From Aulosira sp. ZfuVER01 (GTDB taxonomy: Bacteria > Cyanobacteriota > Cyanobacteriia > Cyanobacteriales > Nostocaceae), in assembly GCA_034530615.2 (NCBI GenBank), contig JAVRCV020000049.1, forward strand, positions 224,001 through 288,000: DNA of 64,000 nucleotides. The letters run 5' to 3'. The notes beneath the pieces were generated by a model. It searched no databases. It was not told the origin of the DNA and worked only from the letters and a program-made list of their open reading frames with translations. The translations under genes and the position numbers were made by a program. Below are positions 20,775 through 30,284 of the stretch, piece after piece. How positions within the stretch are numbered: position 1 is the first letter of the stretch; each line of letters opens with the position of its first letter.

Positions 20775-21737
20775 ATGAAAGTAAGAAAAACACGGCGGAA
20801 TTTCTTGCTTACGAGTGTTGCTGTAGCTAGCAGCATTGTTAGTGCTGATGCGTTAACAACTAATACTTCGGGAACACCATCAGCAACAATGCCAGAACGG
20901 ATTTTAGGACGCACAGGAATAAAAGTTCCGATTCTGGGATTGGGAGGTGCAGGTACAAATACGCCAATAGACAAGCCAGATCAAGAACGAGAAGCTGTGG
21001 CGATTATTGAAAGAGCGATCGCACTCGGTATTCGTTACTTTGATACTGCTCGAAGTTATGGAGCAAGTGAACTTCATTTAGGGAAAGTACTACCAAAGCA
21101 TCGTGACAAGATTTTCTTAGCAAGTAAAACAGATAAAAGAGATAGAGACGGAGCATGGCGAGAACTAGAAAGTTCGCTGAAACGTCTGAATACAGATCGT
21201 TTAGATTTATGGCAATTACATCATGTTTCTTTCCTTGAAGAACTTGATACTATATTTAGTGCTTCAGGTGCAATCAAAGCTTTAGAAGAAGCAATGCAGC
21301 AAAAAATCGTGCGGTTTGCAGGTATTACCGGACATCACGATACAAAAGTAATAGCGGAAGGACTACGTCGCTTTCAATTTCACACAACACTGATTCCAAT
21401 AAATGCTGTAGAAAATCATCATCCAGACTCATTTATTCCAGCAATTTTACCTTTAGCAAAGCAACAAAACTTAGGTGTAATTGCTATGAAAGTTCCTGCT
21501 TATGGAAAGTTATTTCAAACAGGTGGTTTGCAAAATATACAGCAAGCTTTAGGATATACTCTGTCTCAGTCAGGAGTTCATTGTTGCATCATTCCGGCTG
21601 ATAGCGTGCAACAGTTAGAAGAGAATGTGCAAGCAGCTGTTTCTTATCAACCCTTAACTAATCAGCAACTAGCGGCAATTGAGCAGCTTACTGCGGGGAT
21701 ATGGCAAGATACTACATTTTATCGGGCTTGGCATTAG
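20775..21737 (+). CDS. Aldo/keto reductase with Tat-like N-terminus
   Basis: TRRNFLL, LGRTG, YFDTARSYG, SLKRLNTDRLDLWQLH and IAMK motifs. Confidence 0.9.
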   Translation: MKVRKTRRNFLLTSVAVASSIVSADALTTNTSGTPSATMPERILGRTGIKVPILGLGGAGTNTPIDKPDQEREAVAIIERAIALGIRYFDTARSYGASELHLGKVLPKHRDKIFLASKTDKRDRDGAWRELESSLKRLNTDRLDLWQLHHVSFLEELDTIFSASGAIKALEEAMQQKIVRFAGITGHHDTKVIAEGLRRFQFHTTLIPINAVENHHPDSFIPAILPLAKQQNLGVIAMKVPAYGKLFQTGGLQNIQQALGYTLSQSGVHCCIIPADSVQQLEENVQAAVSYQPLTNQQLAAIEQLTAGIWQDTTFYRAWH

Positions 21738-21756
21738 AGATGATATTTGAATTAGC

Positions 21757-22956
21757 CTACCACTTGCCAGAGTAATCTTCTTGTTGCAAACCGATAAACT
21801 GTCGCCGCTTCCAAGCATAATGCAGAATATTAATCCCTAATTCCTGGGCTGTTCTAATAGTTAACCGGGGTAAAGTCAATTCTCTATCTAATCCCCAAGC
21901 AGTTGCTAAATCACCAATTACTAAAATAATTCCGCCCCCAATTAACATTTTAATTAACTGTTGATTGATAATTGGCAAAGCAGCAAATAAGAAAGGTTTG
22001 GTTCGTAAAGGATGACTTCTTTGTAATTCTTCTAAAGGTCTTAAAGGATTTTCTAATTGCTGGGCTAAGGCATGTGTACTTTCAATCAGAGGGTTAGCAT
22101 CTTGAGGTGCATCAACTAAAAGTATGCCACCAGAATTTAAATAATTTCGTAGCGATTCAAATTCAATACTGTTAAAAGATAGTGCCTGCTGACCTGTTAA
22201 ATAAAGTAAGTCATAGTCTTGAATATTTTCACTTAAGGAAACCTGTCCTGGCTCATCGATTCCGCGTAAAGATGGGTATAGAGGTTCGATTGATTGCAAC
22301 AAATATGAGAGGTTGAAAAAATTCCGGGCGCATTCAGAATCGCTATGATTTACCTGCGCGATCGCAACATTTGTCTGTGGACGTGCTTGTGCATGACGGC
22401 GGTAACGTAAATCAATGTTTTGATAACCAGGAAAGAAAACATCCGCAGGTTGGCTAATGGCATTTTGTCCTGGCTGCAAAAGTATTCTACACAGTTCTAT
22501 TTCTGAACTTTCTAGGGTAGAGTTTTTTTGGTCAATGCGATATGTTTCTTGGACAATATCTCTTGGTTGTCCACGCCGCAATTCATCAGGATCTACATAA
22601 CTGACTACTAAGTAAATGGTAGCTGGTTCAGAACTTGCTACTTCTAAATCAATGGGAAAGTCATAAGCATTGGGCACTACAATTAAATTTCCAGCTACAT
22701 CAATGGCAATTCCTGGTTGAATTTGTACCCAGCGTCCATCTCGATATTTAGCTTCTACTTGGCGGGGTGCAGGAATGACTCTCACGCCTAAACCGCAGAC
22801 TATTCCAGGTTGGTTTAAGCATTGATAATGAGTGTTTTGTCGCAGTCGGTGGTAATCATGGGCTTTACTCCAACGTTCTGCATTTATTAGTAGTCCATCT
22901 GAAGCTTGTAGGCGTTCAAAGGATTTTATATTTGGTGGTGGGAATGGATGAGTCAC
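21757..22956 (-). CDS. CIS-associated protein: fibre-attachment-like N-domain plus DUF4159-like C-domain
   Basis: N-terminal PGIVCGLGV...QPGIAIDVAGNLIVV; C-terminal LLYLTG...YLNSGGILLVDA...DLATAW...LGINILHYA. Confidence 0.75.
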   Translation of the reverse strand: MTHPFPPPNIKSFERLQASDGLLINAERWSKAHDYHRLRQNTHYQCLNQPGIVCGLGVRVIPAPRQVEAKYRDGRWVQIQPGIAIDVAGNLIVVPNAYDFPIDLEVASSEPATIYLVVSYVDPDELRRGQPRDIVQETYRIDQKNSTLESSEIELCRILLQPGQNAISQPADVFFPGYQNIDLRYRRHAQARPQTNVAIAQVNHSDSECARNFFNLSYLLQSIEPLYPSLRGIDEPGQVSLSENIQDYDLLYLTGQQALSFNSIEFESLRNYLNSGGILLVDAPQDANPLIESTHALAQQLENPLRPLEELQRSHPLRTKPFLFAALPIINQQLIKMLIGGGIILVIGDLATAWGLDRELTLPRLTIRTAQELGINILHYAWKRRQFIGLQQEDYSGKW

Positions 22957-22971
22957 GTCGCTTCGCTCCGA

Positions 22972-22996
22972 ATTCAAAATTCAAAATTCAAAATTT
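22972..22996. repeat. Example heptamer STRR (AAATTCA)n; other 7-9 nt arrays near 6452, 26292, 26759, 26925-27045, 29588, 39340, 58826 and 58970
   Basis: Short tandem units at gene boundaries, typical of heterocystous cyanobacteria. Confidence 0.8.
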
Positions 22997-23035
22997 AAAG
23001 AAATATTGTAGTAGGGTGGGCATTGCCACATAATT

Positions 23036-24064
23036 TTAATTATTTTGATTTTCTATTAACAATTGATAGGTACAAAATGCAGGTTTTTCTTGTTCAATAA
23101 TTTTTCTGACTAATTGTTCATTTATCTGATGAGAAGAGGTTGTACGCAAGCGGACTATAAAGTGATATGCTTGTCCACCTGCTAAAACTGCGCTGCCGAT
23201 TTGGGCATCACCTAAGATAAAACTGGGGCCGAAGGGTTCTGTAATACTGATATGTTTATCAGCTTCGTTTGGGACATCCTCGTCTAAAGGTAAACCTGTA
23301 TAAAGGTGCAAGTAAAGACGCAATCCTTTCCGAGTTCCTCGCCAGCGATAAATTTCTACTGCACGGCGAATTAAACGGCGCTGTTGGTCGAGATTCCAGA
23401 CGGAATCTACTTGCCAAGCTACCCAATGGGCTAAAAAGGGTAGTATTGCCCTTGGTGCTGTCAAGGGGTCGATGTTTGCCCACATGACGTTAAAACTATC
23501 AATTGCAGGTTGATAAGCTTGTTCAAATATCTTGATGAAACGACCAATAAAGTCTATTTCTCGATAGAGAACTGGCAAAAATTCCATGTAGGCACTGTAG
23601 GGACGAATATATAAATTAAATGTCTCACTTTGCTGGATTTGTTCTTGCTCTGTACCTGGGTCGATATTAACAAGTACTAGACAGCGAAAGTTGAGAGTTA
23701 ATTTGTCTTTTTTCGCTGGTGAAATTGCTTCTTGGTCTTCAAAAAATGTGGCGGGAACAGTGAAATATAGCACTGCATCCATCTGTCCACCGGGCGGAAT
23801 TTCGCTACCTTCTGTACCAATTTGGCACCATTGGGATGGAAATTCACCTTCTACTTTTAAACTTAGTTGTAAGGGACGTTGTTCTAAGTTTTTTACTTGG
23901 ACAATCATCTCGCTGGGTTGTCCCGGATGCAAAAGCAAACTATGCCCTGTTTCATCTATACCTTCTGGGCCAGCAAATGCTAAACCTGCCCCAGGTACAG
24001 CTTCGGGAATTTGCATTGGGGTTAATTGAATGCTGATGGCTGGGCTATAACGGCTTTGAACCAT
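23036..24064 (-). CDS. CIS baseplate/tail protein (P2 gpI-like, TIGR02242-like) with N-terminal beta-sandwich extension
   Basis: DPLTAPRAILPFLAHWV, IYRWRGTRKGL and EKPAFCTY motifs. Confidence 0.85.
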   Translation of the reverse strand: MVQSRYSPAISIQLTPMQIPEAVPGAGLAFAGPEGIDETGHSLLLHPGQPSEMIVQVKNLEQRPLQLSLKVEGEFPSQWCQIGTEGSEIPPGGQMDAVLYFTVPATFFEDQEAISPAKKDKLTLNFRCLVLVNIDPGTEQEQIQQSETFNLYIRPYSAYMEFLPVLYREIDFIGRFIKIFEQAYQPAIDSFNVMWANIDPLTAPRAILPFLAHWVAWQVDSVWNLDQQRRLIRRAVEIYRWRGTRKGLRLYLHLYTGLPLDEDVPNEADKHISITEPFGPSFILGDAQIGSAVLAGGQAYHFIVRLRTTSSHQINEQLVRKIIEQEKPAFCTYQLLIENQNN

Positions 24065-24075
24065 AAGGTTTTCCC

Positions 24076-26265
24076 TCAGCGAGTAATGATTTGGATGTCG
24101 TGACCGGAACGCAGATTGGGGTCAAACCAAGAACAAACTAAACCTTGCACTCCTGGGTCAATTAATTGTTCTGGTGATGGTTGTCTTCTCCAGGTTTCTC
24201 CTTGCTTGCGGATGGGAAACAGCAGGACTGGGCCTAAATAACGCACGCCTGGGGTTTGTTGCATTAAGGCGATAATATCTGAAGTATAAACGGGTCGCCC
24301 AAAAGGCCAACCTTTACCTTCAGTGCCTCCGGTGAGGGGATTTAAATATTTATACAGAGCTATTCTTAAGTTGCGAAGAATTTCTGCTCTCGCTAAGGGG
24401 TTGTCATAAGTGGGTTCGAGAATAACTTCTGTTTGTACAGAAACACCGACGTAATCAGGTTCTAAGAGCCTGACTTGTACTCCTAATAACTTTCTTTCGT
24501 CTAAGTATTGTAAAACTTGCTCTTGCAGTGCGGGGCTGAGGGCAAATTGTGTCGGTGCAATACCTTCGCCTTGAGTAATGGCATCTGTATTCGCTTGGGG
24601 AACTACCAATAAGCTCACTGTACCCGCCTGACTAGTAGATAAACAACGCACACGAGCGATCGCACCTGCACCAGCTTGCTGCGCTAATACTTCAAAGTCT
24701 TCCGCAGTCACAGCGCGATCGCGTGTACGCAGGATGCGGGGAGCCTTAATCACAGCTTGTTCCAAAGATTCGGCATCTGCGCCGTTAATCGCAGCTTTGT
24801 AATTTGTGACACTAGCTACGTAGGGTACAGCGGACTTTAAAAACTGGAGTGAGCCTACTTGTACATTACCTTCTCTGCCGCCTCCTGTGCGGTAAGCGAG
24901 GATTCTAATCTCAGCGCCGCGTGGAGGAACTGCTCCGTATTGGTGTTCAAGTTGGTTTTCAATATCACTTACTTGCACAACGGTATCTTCTATTCTTGGC
25001 TGCTGAATACGCGATCGCACTTGTGTTTGGCGTTGGAGTTGTCCAGGTTCCCGAATTAACGGCCCAAACTGGACTACACCAGTTAGCGAATCAATAATAT
25101 AGTGACGGTCTTGGGGTGTAGAATCGGCAAAATCTCGCACCTCACGCCAAGTTTGCGGTAAGCCACCAGGGGGAGTAACGATGATGTATTCAGTTTCACG
25201 GCGTTCTAAAACGGGTGGTGCTTGTAATTGAAAGGTTTGTCCTGGTGTACCGTTACTAATTCCTAAGCGTTCATCTTGCAGCAAGGTGCTATGACTCGCC
25301 CTGACTGTTCCACCAATTGACCGCACCGCTAACCCAGTAATGCGTGGCGGACGGCTATAACCTTCTTGATTTGCTTCTGGGGTGGTAAAGCTACAACGCA
25401 GCCAGCGTCCTCGGTAAGCAGTAAAAGTCGTCACAGGCCAAGATTGGGGTAAATGCAGCCGCACATCTGCACCTTGCGCCGGATTTCCTCCCTGTTGGTT
25501 AATTTCGTAAAAACTGAAACCCCGTGTTTGGTCGTCTGACTCTTTCAGTAACACAGGTTGCCAATTTTCCCCATCCCAAGCTTCCCATTTGCGGGGCGGA
25601 TGATTGGGGTCAATACCTGTAGGTGTCGCCGCAGCCCCTTGGATAGTCACTTCTAGGACATTACCATCTAAAGGATCGTCAGAATTAATTACTAAATAAA
25701 AGCAGTTTCCAGCTTGCGGTTGTTCGTTAAATACAGGTTGTTCGCTACCAGCCCAGTAACCGTTAGGCTGACGAGTCCAGATATTTGAGAGGCGTTCGCG
25801 CAGAGATTGGGGAATATCTTCAATAGCTTGGGCGGTGAGGAAATGCTGTAAACGCGGTTTACCAATAATTAAAGGCGAATCTGTACTAAAGGTAATCGCT
25901 GGTGTAGTTTCCGTGCGGATTGTAGAAACTTCAATACCTGTAGGAATCGTATAAGCTTCAGGTAAGTCAGAACTTAAATAAAAAGTTAATTCTGTATGCG
26001 CTGGGGCGGGAGGTTGGAGGCGAATGCCCAATAATTCTAAAAAAGCTACATAATTTTTTCTTGGTACTTGGTTAAACCTGAGTAACATCTGGTCAGTTAA
26101 CCAAGCAAATAACTCAACTAGCGTCATTCCAGGATCGCTGAGGTTGTGGTCTGTCCATTCAGGACAGTAGCGCGGGATGCGCATTGTACACTCTTCGACT
26201 AAATCATCAAAAGTGCGATCGTCTAAGTTGGAAGATGGTAAGTGCGGTAAAAAATCAAATTTCAC
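24076..26265 (-). CDS. CIS baseplate assembly protein (baseplate J/Afp11-like, TIGR02243-like)
   Basis: NLDDRTFDDLV, PEWTDHNLSDPGMTLVELFAW, YRTGGG, RAVTAEDFE and GWPFGR motifs. Confidence 0.92.
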   Translation of the reverse strand: MKFDFLPHLPSSNLDDRTFDDLVEECTMRIPRYCPEWTDHNLSDPGMTLVELFAWLTDQMLLRFNQVPRKNYVAFLELLGIRLQPPAPAHTELTFYLSSDLPEAYTIPTGIEVSTIRTETTPAITFSTDSPLIIGKPRLQHFLTAQAIEDIPQSLRERLSNIWTRQPNGYWAGSEQPVFNEQPQAGNCFYLVINSDDPLDGNVLEVTIQGAAATPTGIDPNHPPRKWEAWDGENWQPVLLKESDDQTRGFSFYEINQQGGNPAQGADVRLHLPQSWPVTTFTAYRGRWLRCSFTTPEANQEGYSRPPRITGLAVRSIGGTVRASHSTLLQDERLGISNGTPGQTFQLQAPPVLERRETEYIIVTPPGGLPQTWREVRDFADSTPQDRHYIIDSLTGVVQFGPLIREPGQLQRQTQVRSRIQQPRIEDTVVQVSDIENQLEHQYGAVPPRGAEIRILAYRTGGGREGNVQVGSLQFLKSAVPYVASVTNYKAAINGADAESLEQAVIKAPRILRTRDRAVTAEDFEVLAQQAGAGAIARVRCLSTSQAGTVSLLVVPQANTDAITQGEGIAPTQFALSPALQEQVLQYLDERKLLGVQVRLLEPDYVGVSVQTEVILEPTYDNPLARAEILRNLRIALYKYLNPLTGGTEGKGWPFGRPVYTSDIIALMQQTPGVRYLGPVLLFPIRKQGETWRRQPSPEQLIDPGVQGLVCSWFDPNLRSGHDIQIITR

Positions 26266-26349
26266 AGTTACACCAAATTAGAGAGGGTGGGGTGTGGGGA
26301 GTGTGGGAAGTGTGGGGAGACAAGGGAGTATCTGACAAATTAGGAATTA

Positions 26350-26754
26350 TTATTCAGGAGGCAATAAATAAAACGGATAAACAAAGTTGTGAATATCAGG
26401 ATTGTCTTTAAGTCGATAATTAATATTGATGTCTACTCGGCCACGCACCGGGTCGGGTTCGGTGATGACTTGATCGACAATAATGCGTGGTTCCCAAACT
26501 TCTAGCGCTTCTAAAACATAAATCCGAATTCGCAGTAGAGTGTCGTTATTCATCGGTGCAAATGCCAATTCCGACAAACGGGAGCCAAAATTAGGGCGAT
26601 ATACCCGTTCACCTACGCCAGTCCGAAGAATTATCCAAATAGATTCTTTAACTTTTTGCGCTTCACTGCTGAGTTGTATCCCGCCTTGCAAACTCAAGCG
26701 CAAGGGAAAAGCCCAGCCTGTTCCTAAATAGTCTCGTTGCTGACCATAAACCAT
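26350..26754 (-). CDS. GPW/gp25 family baseplate protein (Afp9-like)
   Basis: LGTGWAFP, GERVYRPNFGS, WEPRI and VYPFY motifs. Confidence 0.93.
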   Translation of the reverse strand: MVYGQQRDYLGTGWAFPLRLSLQGGIQLSSEAQKVKESIWIILRTGVGERVYRPNFGSRLSELAFAPMNNDTLLRIRIYVLEALEVWEPRIIVDQVITEPDPVRGRVDININYRLKDNPDIHNFVYPFYLLPPE

Positions 26755-27045
26755 AAACAATTCAAAATTCAAAATTCAAAATTCAAAACCTAAGGTGGCA
26801 AGCATTAAGTAGCCAAAATGCTCGCAAATTAGACAGTCGTTGCTATATGGCTGTGATATCTATACTTTCAAAGATATCGGCACAGCAGATTTAAGCCTAT
26901 TCGCCAAAGGTCGAGATGAGGAAGACATGGGGACATTAAGACGCGGGGACATGAGGAAGTGCGGAAGTGAGGACATTAGAAAATTGTCATTCTCCATCTT
27001 TCTATCTCCGCGTCTTTGCGTCTCCCCCTCTCCGCGTCTCTTTCA

Positions 27046-27546
27046 TCAGCCCCCAATCAAAACAGTCATTTCACCTTTGGTAATTTTATTAGGTGGGCCG
27101 ACGGCTTCGAGAACGGTGTCACCCATGCGACTGGCTGGTAGTCCATTAATTAATACTGTTTGGCTACCATCAATCACAACACCAGGGCCGTGGGGAGGTA
27201 GAGGTAAGGGTGTGGTGCAATTATGAATATCAGCACCAACGGCGGCGGATGTAATTGCACTACCCATTGTAGCGGCTGCTGTGGCTTTGGTAGTTTGTTC
27301 AGCTGCGATCGCAGCTGGCGCACCTGGTGTCCCCGCCGCTGCTTTGGAAGCAGCCTCAGCTACTTGAATAGCCGTATCAGAAACTTGTTTCGCCGCCTGC
27401 AAAGCCTGCGCCGCCGCCGCAGGTATACCCCGCCATGCAGGTAAAGAGCCAATTAATACATTAGAGCTACCAGGGCCTCCCGTCAAAACTGGCGGTAACG
27501 GATGCGCCACAGAGTCAGTAATTCTTGCTGCTGGTCTTCCACTCAT
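27046..27546 (-). CDS. PAAR spike-tip protein with Ala-rich insertion
   Basis: GRPAARITD, LPAWR, LPASRMGD and VLIGG motifs; H/C residues in ADIHNC...PHG. Confidence 0.92.
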   Translation of the reverse strand: MSGRPAARITDSVAHPLPPVLTGGPGSSNVLIGSLPAWRGIPAAAAQALQAAKQVSDTAIQVAEAASKAAAGTPGAPAAIAAEQTTKATAAATMGSAITSAAVGADIHNCTTPLPLPPHGPGVVIDGSQTVLINGLPASRMGDTVLEAVGPPNKITKGEMTVLIGG

Positions 27547-27567
27547 TTTTCTTTGCGCCTACTCTAC

Positions 27568-27798
27568 GCTTGTGTTGTTGACCAAAGTACTTGCGTTGTG
27601 AACCAACGGACTTGTGTTGTGAACCAACGGACTTGTGTTGTGAACCAACGGACTTGTGTTGTGAACCAACGGACTTGTGTTGTGAACTAACGGACTTGCG
27701 TTGTGAACCAACGGACTTGTGTTGTTGACCAACAGACTTGTGTTGTTGACCAACGGACTTGTATTGTTGACCAACGGACTTGCGTTGTTGACCAACAG
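27568..27798. repeat. Tandem array of 11 x 21-nt units
   Basis: Consensus ACTTGTGTTGTGAACCAACGG, head to tail with no spacers. Confidence 0.95.
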
Positions 27799-27838
27799 AC
27801 TTGTGTATACACCCTAGGCCTCATGCCCTCTGCCTTTC

Positions 27839-29578
27839 TTAATTCAACCGAATTAGCGTACCTTTAACAGTCACATTCATCCCTGCGCTAATATCGATGT
27901 TGCCACTGGGTGCATCTAATGACAAGTCGCCTGTGGATTCTACGGAAATCTTTGCTCTACCCATATCGTCCATTTTAATTTTATGCCCGCCGTTGGTTTC
28001 AATTTCAATACAGCGATCGCTATCGTTGAGATAGATTTTATGTCCGCCTTTGGTTTCGACACGCACCCCTGCTTTACTGCTACCTTTATCTTCTTCGACA
28101 AACTGCAAGGTATGTCCTGTACGGGTTTTCACAGTCCGTAATCGCACTTTCCCCCCTACGACTGTATCATCCACTGCTTCGGGTGGCGCGTCTTTGCCGT
28201 TCCAAACACCGCCCAGTACATAAGGACGATGAATATCACCATGTTCACAACCAACTAACACTTCATCATTGACTTCTGGTAGACAGTCAAACCCCCGTTG
28301 ATTCGCTGCGCCCGAAGCTACAACTCGCGCCCAGTTGCTAGCGTGTTCTTCTGTGAGGGTGGGGAATTTGACTTTCACTCTCCCCAATCCCTTGGGGTCT
28401 TTGTTATCGGTGACAATTCCCACTAGAAAGGTTTGACCAGGCTGGAGGCGGGTTTGTGAAGAGAGAGTGGTGAATAAATTACCAGCCCGTAGCCCCCGGA
28501 TGCTGAACTCTGTAGTATAAATTCGCTGGGTGTAGAAATGGCGAGTTTCGGTCACATAATATTTCCCACTATAGCGATCGCCCATACCTGTAAGTTCAAT
28601 CACTTTCCCCGGTCTAACTTTGGGATTACCTACAGCTTTCGCATCTGCATAGACAAATTCTCCTCCCAATTCATCACACAAAGCCTGAGCCATTTTCTGT
28701 GCTTGTGTAGTGCTATTAATTGGTTGATCGACAACGGTCATTTTCGGCGGCTTTAAGTTGGAGAATTTAGTACTACTACTGCTACCTTTTTTATTACCTG
28801 TGTCAGTTATTACCGTTTCTGCTTTAGCTGTGGAAGCGATCGCTTTTTTCTGAGTATAATCCCAGCCACGTACTTCTACAGCACTCACTTGTTCCGCACT
28901 GGTAACGCGGGTACTAAATTTACTAATATCAACTAGCCATTTTAATTGGATAGATTCCTGACTTTCTGGTTTACGAAAATATATTTTGTCATTCTGAATG
29001 AATAATTCAAAACCAATGCGAGCAGCCCGTTCTCGCAAAAACTCCATATTAGTTTGGTTTTCTTGAAAGACATACTCATGAACTTCACCGCTTGCATCTA
29101 TTTTGCCGACTTTGATTCCTACTTCTGAAGCTATTTGCTCTACGATATCGCTATCAGTTTTATTTAAAAAGGAACGATTATAACGACCTCTGTGCAGACG
29201 ATGAGAAATATCATAGCCACGAATAATCATATGGGCTTCAGATTTTTCATTGAAGTGAACTTCCATTGCTGTAATTTCACCTTCAATTAAGTGGTCTTCT
29301 AACTTTTCATCAAAATCAGCATCTTGGGTAGTACTGGAAACAAAACCCAACTTGACTTTTTTACCAATTTCAAACAGTTTTTCATGCCGCCAAGGTTGGT
29401 ATTCTGCACGGTCAACTGTGGGAATATAGCTATTATGTACTACCAGCGTAAACATAGCTGGTAAATGCAAGCTTTCTTCTACGGTAATTTGTAATAAATC
29501 CTTAATTAGCTCAGGAGAAGCCTCTTGTCCTCCTAATTCTAATTTAGGTTGGCTTAAATAAAGACTTTGGTCGGGCAT
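27839..29578 (-). CDS. VgrG-related CIS hub/spike protein (Afp8-like)
   Basis: RGYDISHRLHRG, QENQTNMEFL, DPKGLGRVKVKFP, LPEVNDEVLV and PYVLGGVWNG motifs. Confidence 0.93.
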   Translation of the reverse strand: MPDQSLYLSQPKLELGGQEASPELIKDLLQITVEESLHLPAMFTLVVHNSYIPTVDRAEYQPWRHEKLFEIGKKVKLGFVSSTTQDADFDEKLEDHLIEGEITAMEVHFNEKSEAHMIIRGYDISHRLHRGRYNRSFLNKTDSDIVEQIASEVGIKVGKIDASGEVHEYVFQENQTNMEFLRERAARIGFELFIQNDKIYFRKPESQESIQLKWLVDISKFSTRVTSAEQVSAVEVRGWDYTQKKAIASTAKAETVITDTGNKKGSSSSTKFSNLKPPKMTVVDQPINSTTQAQKMAQALCDELGGEFVYADAKAVGNPKVRPGKVIELTGMGDRYSGKYYVTETRHFYTQRIYTTEFSIRGLRAGNLFTTLSSQTRLQPGQTFLVGIVTDNKDPKGLGRVKVKFPTLTEEHASNWARVVASGAANQRGFDCLPEVNDEVLVGCEHGDIHRPYVLGGVWNGKDAPPEAVDDTVVGGKVRLRTVKTRTGHTLQFVEEDKGSSKAGVRVETKGGHKIYLNDSDRCIEIETNGGHKIKMDDMGRAKISVESTGDLSLDAPSGNIDISAGMNVTVKGTLIRLN

Positions 29579-29693
29579 AATAAAATTAATTCGTAATACT
29601 TCGACTTCGCTCAGTACAAGTTCGTAATTCGTAATTAGGAAAAAAAATCAGGGTAGACATTGCCCATCATTTGTCAGTTTTAATTACAAATTT

Positions 29694-30242
29694 TTAGGTT
29701 TTTCCAAGGCTGGGATGTGGCTGACGATTTTCGCCTGTAGAAGCCGATTGTCTGCCCCCTGGAAGGTTATTTTTATCTACTTCTTGCAAAGCTATATCTA
29801 CCATTGCTCTAACTGGTGTGCCATCAGTCAGAAACATATTTAAATTGTAGGTGAGACTAGTAATTACACAATGAAAATATTCTGTTCCCCAAGTAAATAT
29901 ATAAACAGGTGGGCGCTTGTCTGGGTTACGTTCAATAGTTTCTACGCCTTTCTTGATAATGTCTATATATTTCATTACAGATTGTTTGGTTTCATATGTA
30001 TCAAACAGTAGTTGTTTGAGGGTGAATTTGTAAGGCTCTACCCCAGAAAAATTTACTTTAGGTAATAGAGTTGTTCCTCTATTACCTGGATCACTTTGCC
30101 AACTAACAGTCCGAGAAAAACTGATTTCTGTAGGATTAAACATCAATTCAATATCAGGCGCTTCACTGTTATAAGCTACGAGTTTAGCTTTTACCAGTTG
30201 GGGATTTTTCTTTTGGGGAATTACAATTGTTTGATTCGCCAT
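29694..30242 (-). CDS. CIS tube-initiator protein (Afp7-like), no LysM tail
   Basis: MFNPTEI, LLFDTYE, RPPVYIFTWG and MFLTDGTPVRA motifs; start moved to ATG 30242. Confidence 0.85.
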   Translation of the reverse strand: MANQTIVIPQKKNPQLVKAKLVAYNSEAPDIELMFNPTEISFSRTVSWQSDPGNRGTTLLPKVNFSGVEPYKFTLKQLLFDTYETKQSVMKYIDIIKKGVETIERNPDKRPPVYIFTWGTEYFHCVITSLTYNLNMFLTDGTPVRAMVDIALQEVDKNNLPGGRQSASTGENRQPHPSLGKT

Positions 30243-30284
30243 TTGAATATTTCTTCTCCTTTGCGGTTCGTTTTTATTAAACAA

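Noticed and set aside
26840..27226. 128-aa plus-strand ORF
   Set aside because: Made of 8-nt tandem repeats and antisense PAAR sequence
27568..27798. Possible CRISPR array
   Set aside because: Units are contiguous with no unique spacers, and there are no cas genes in the window
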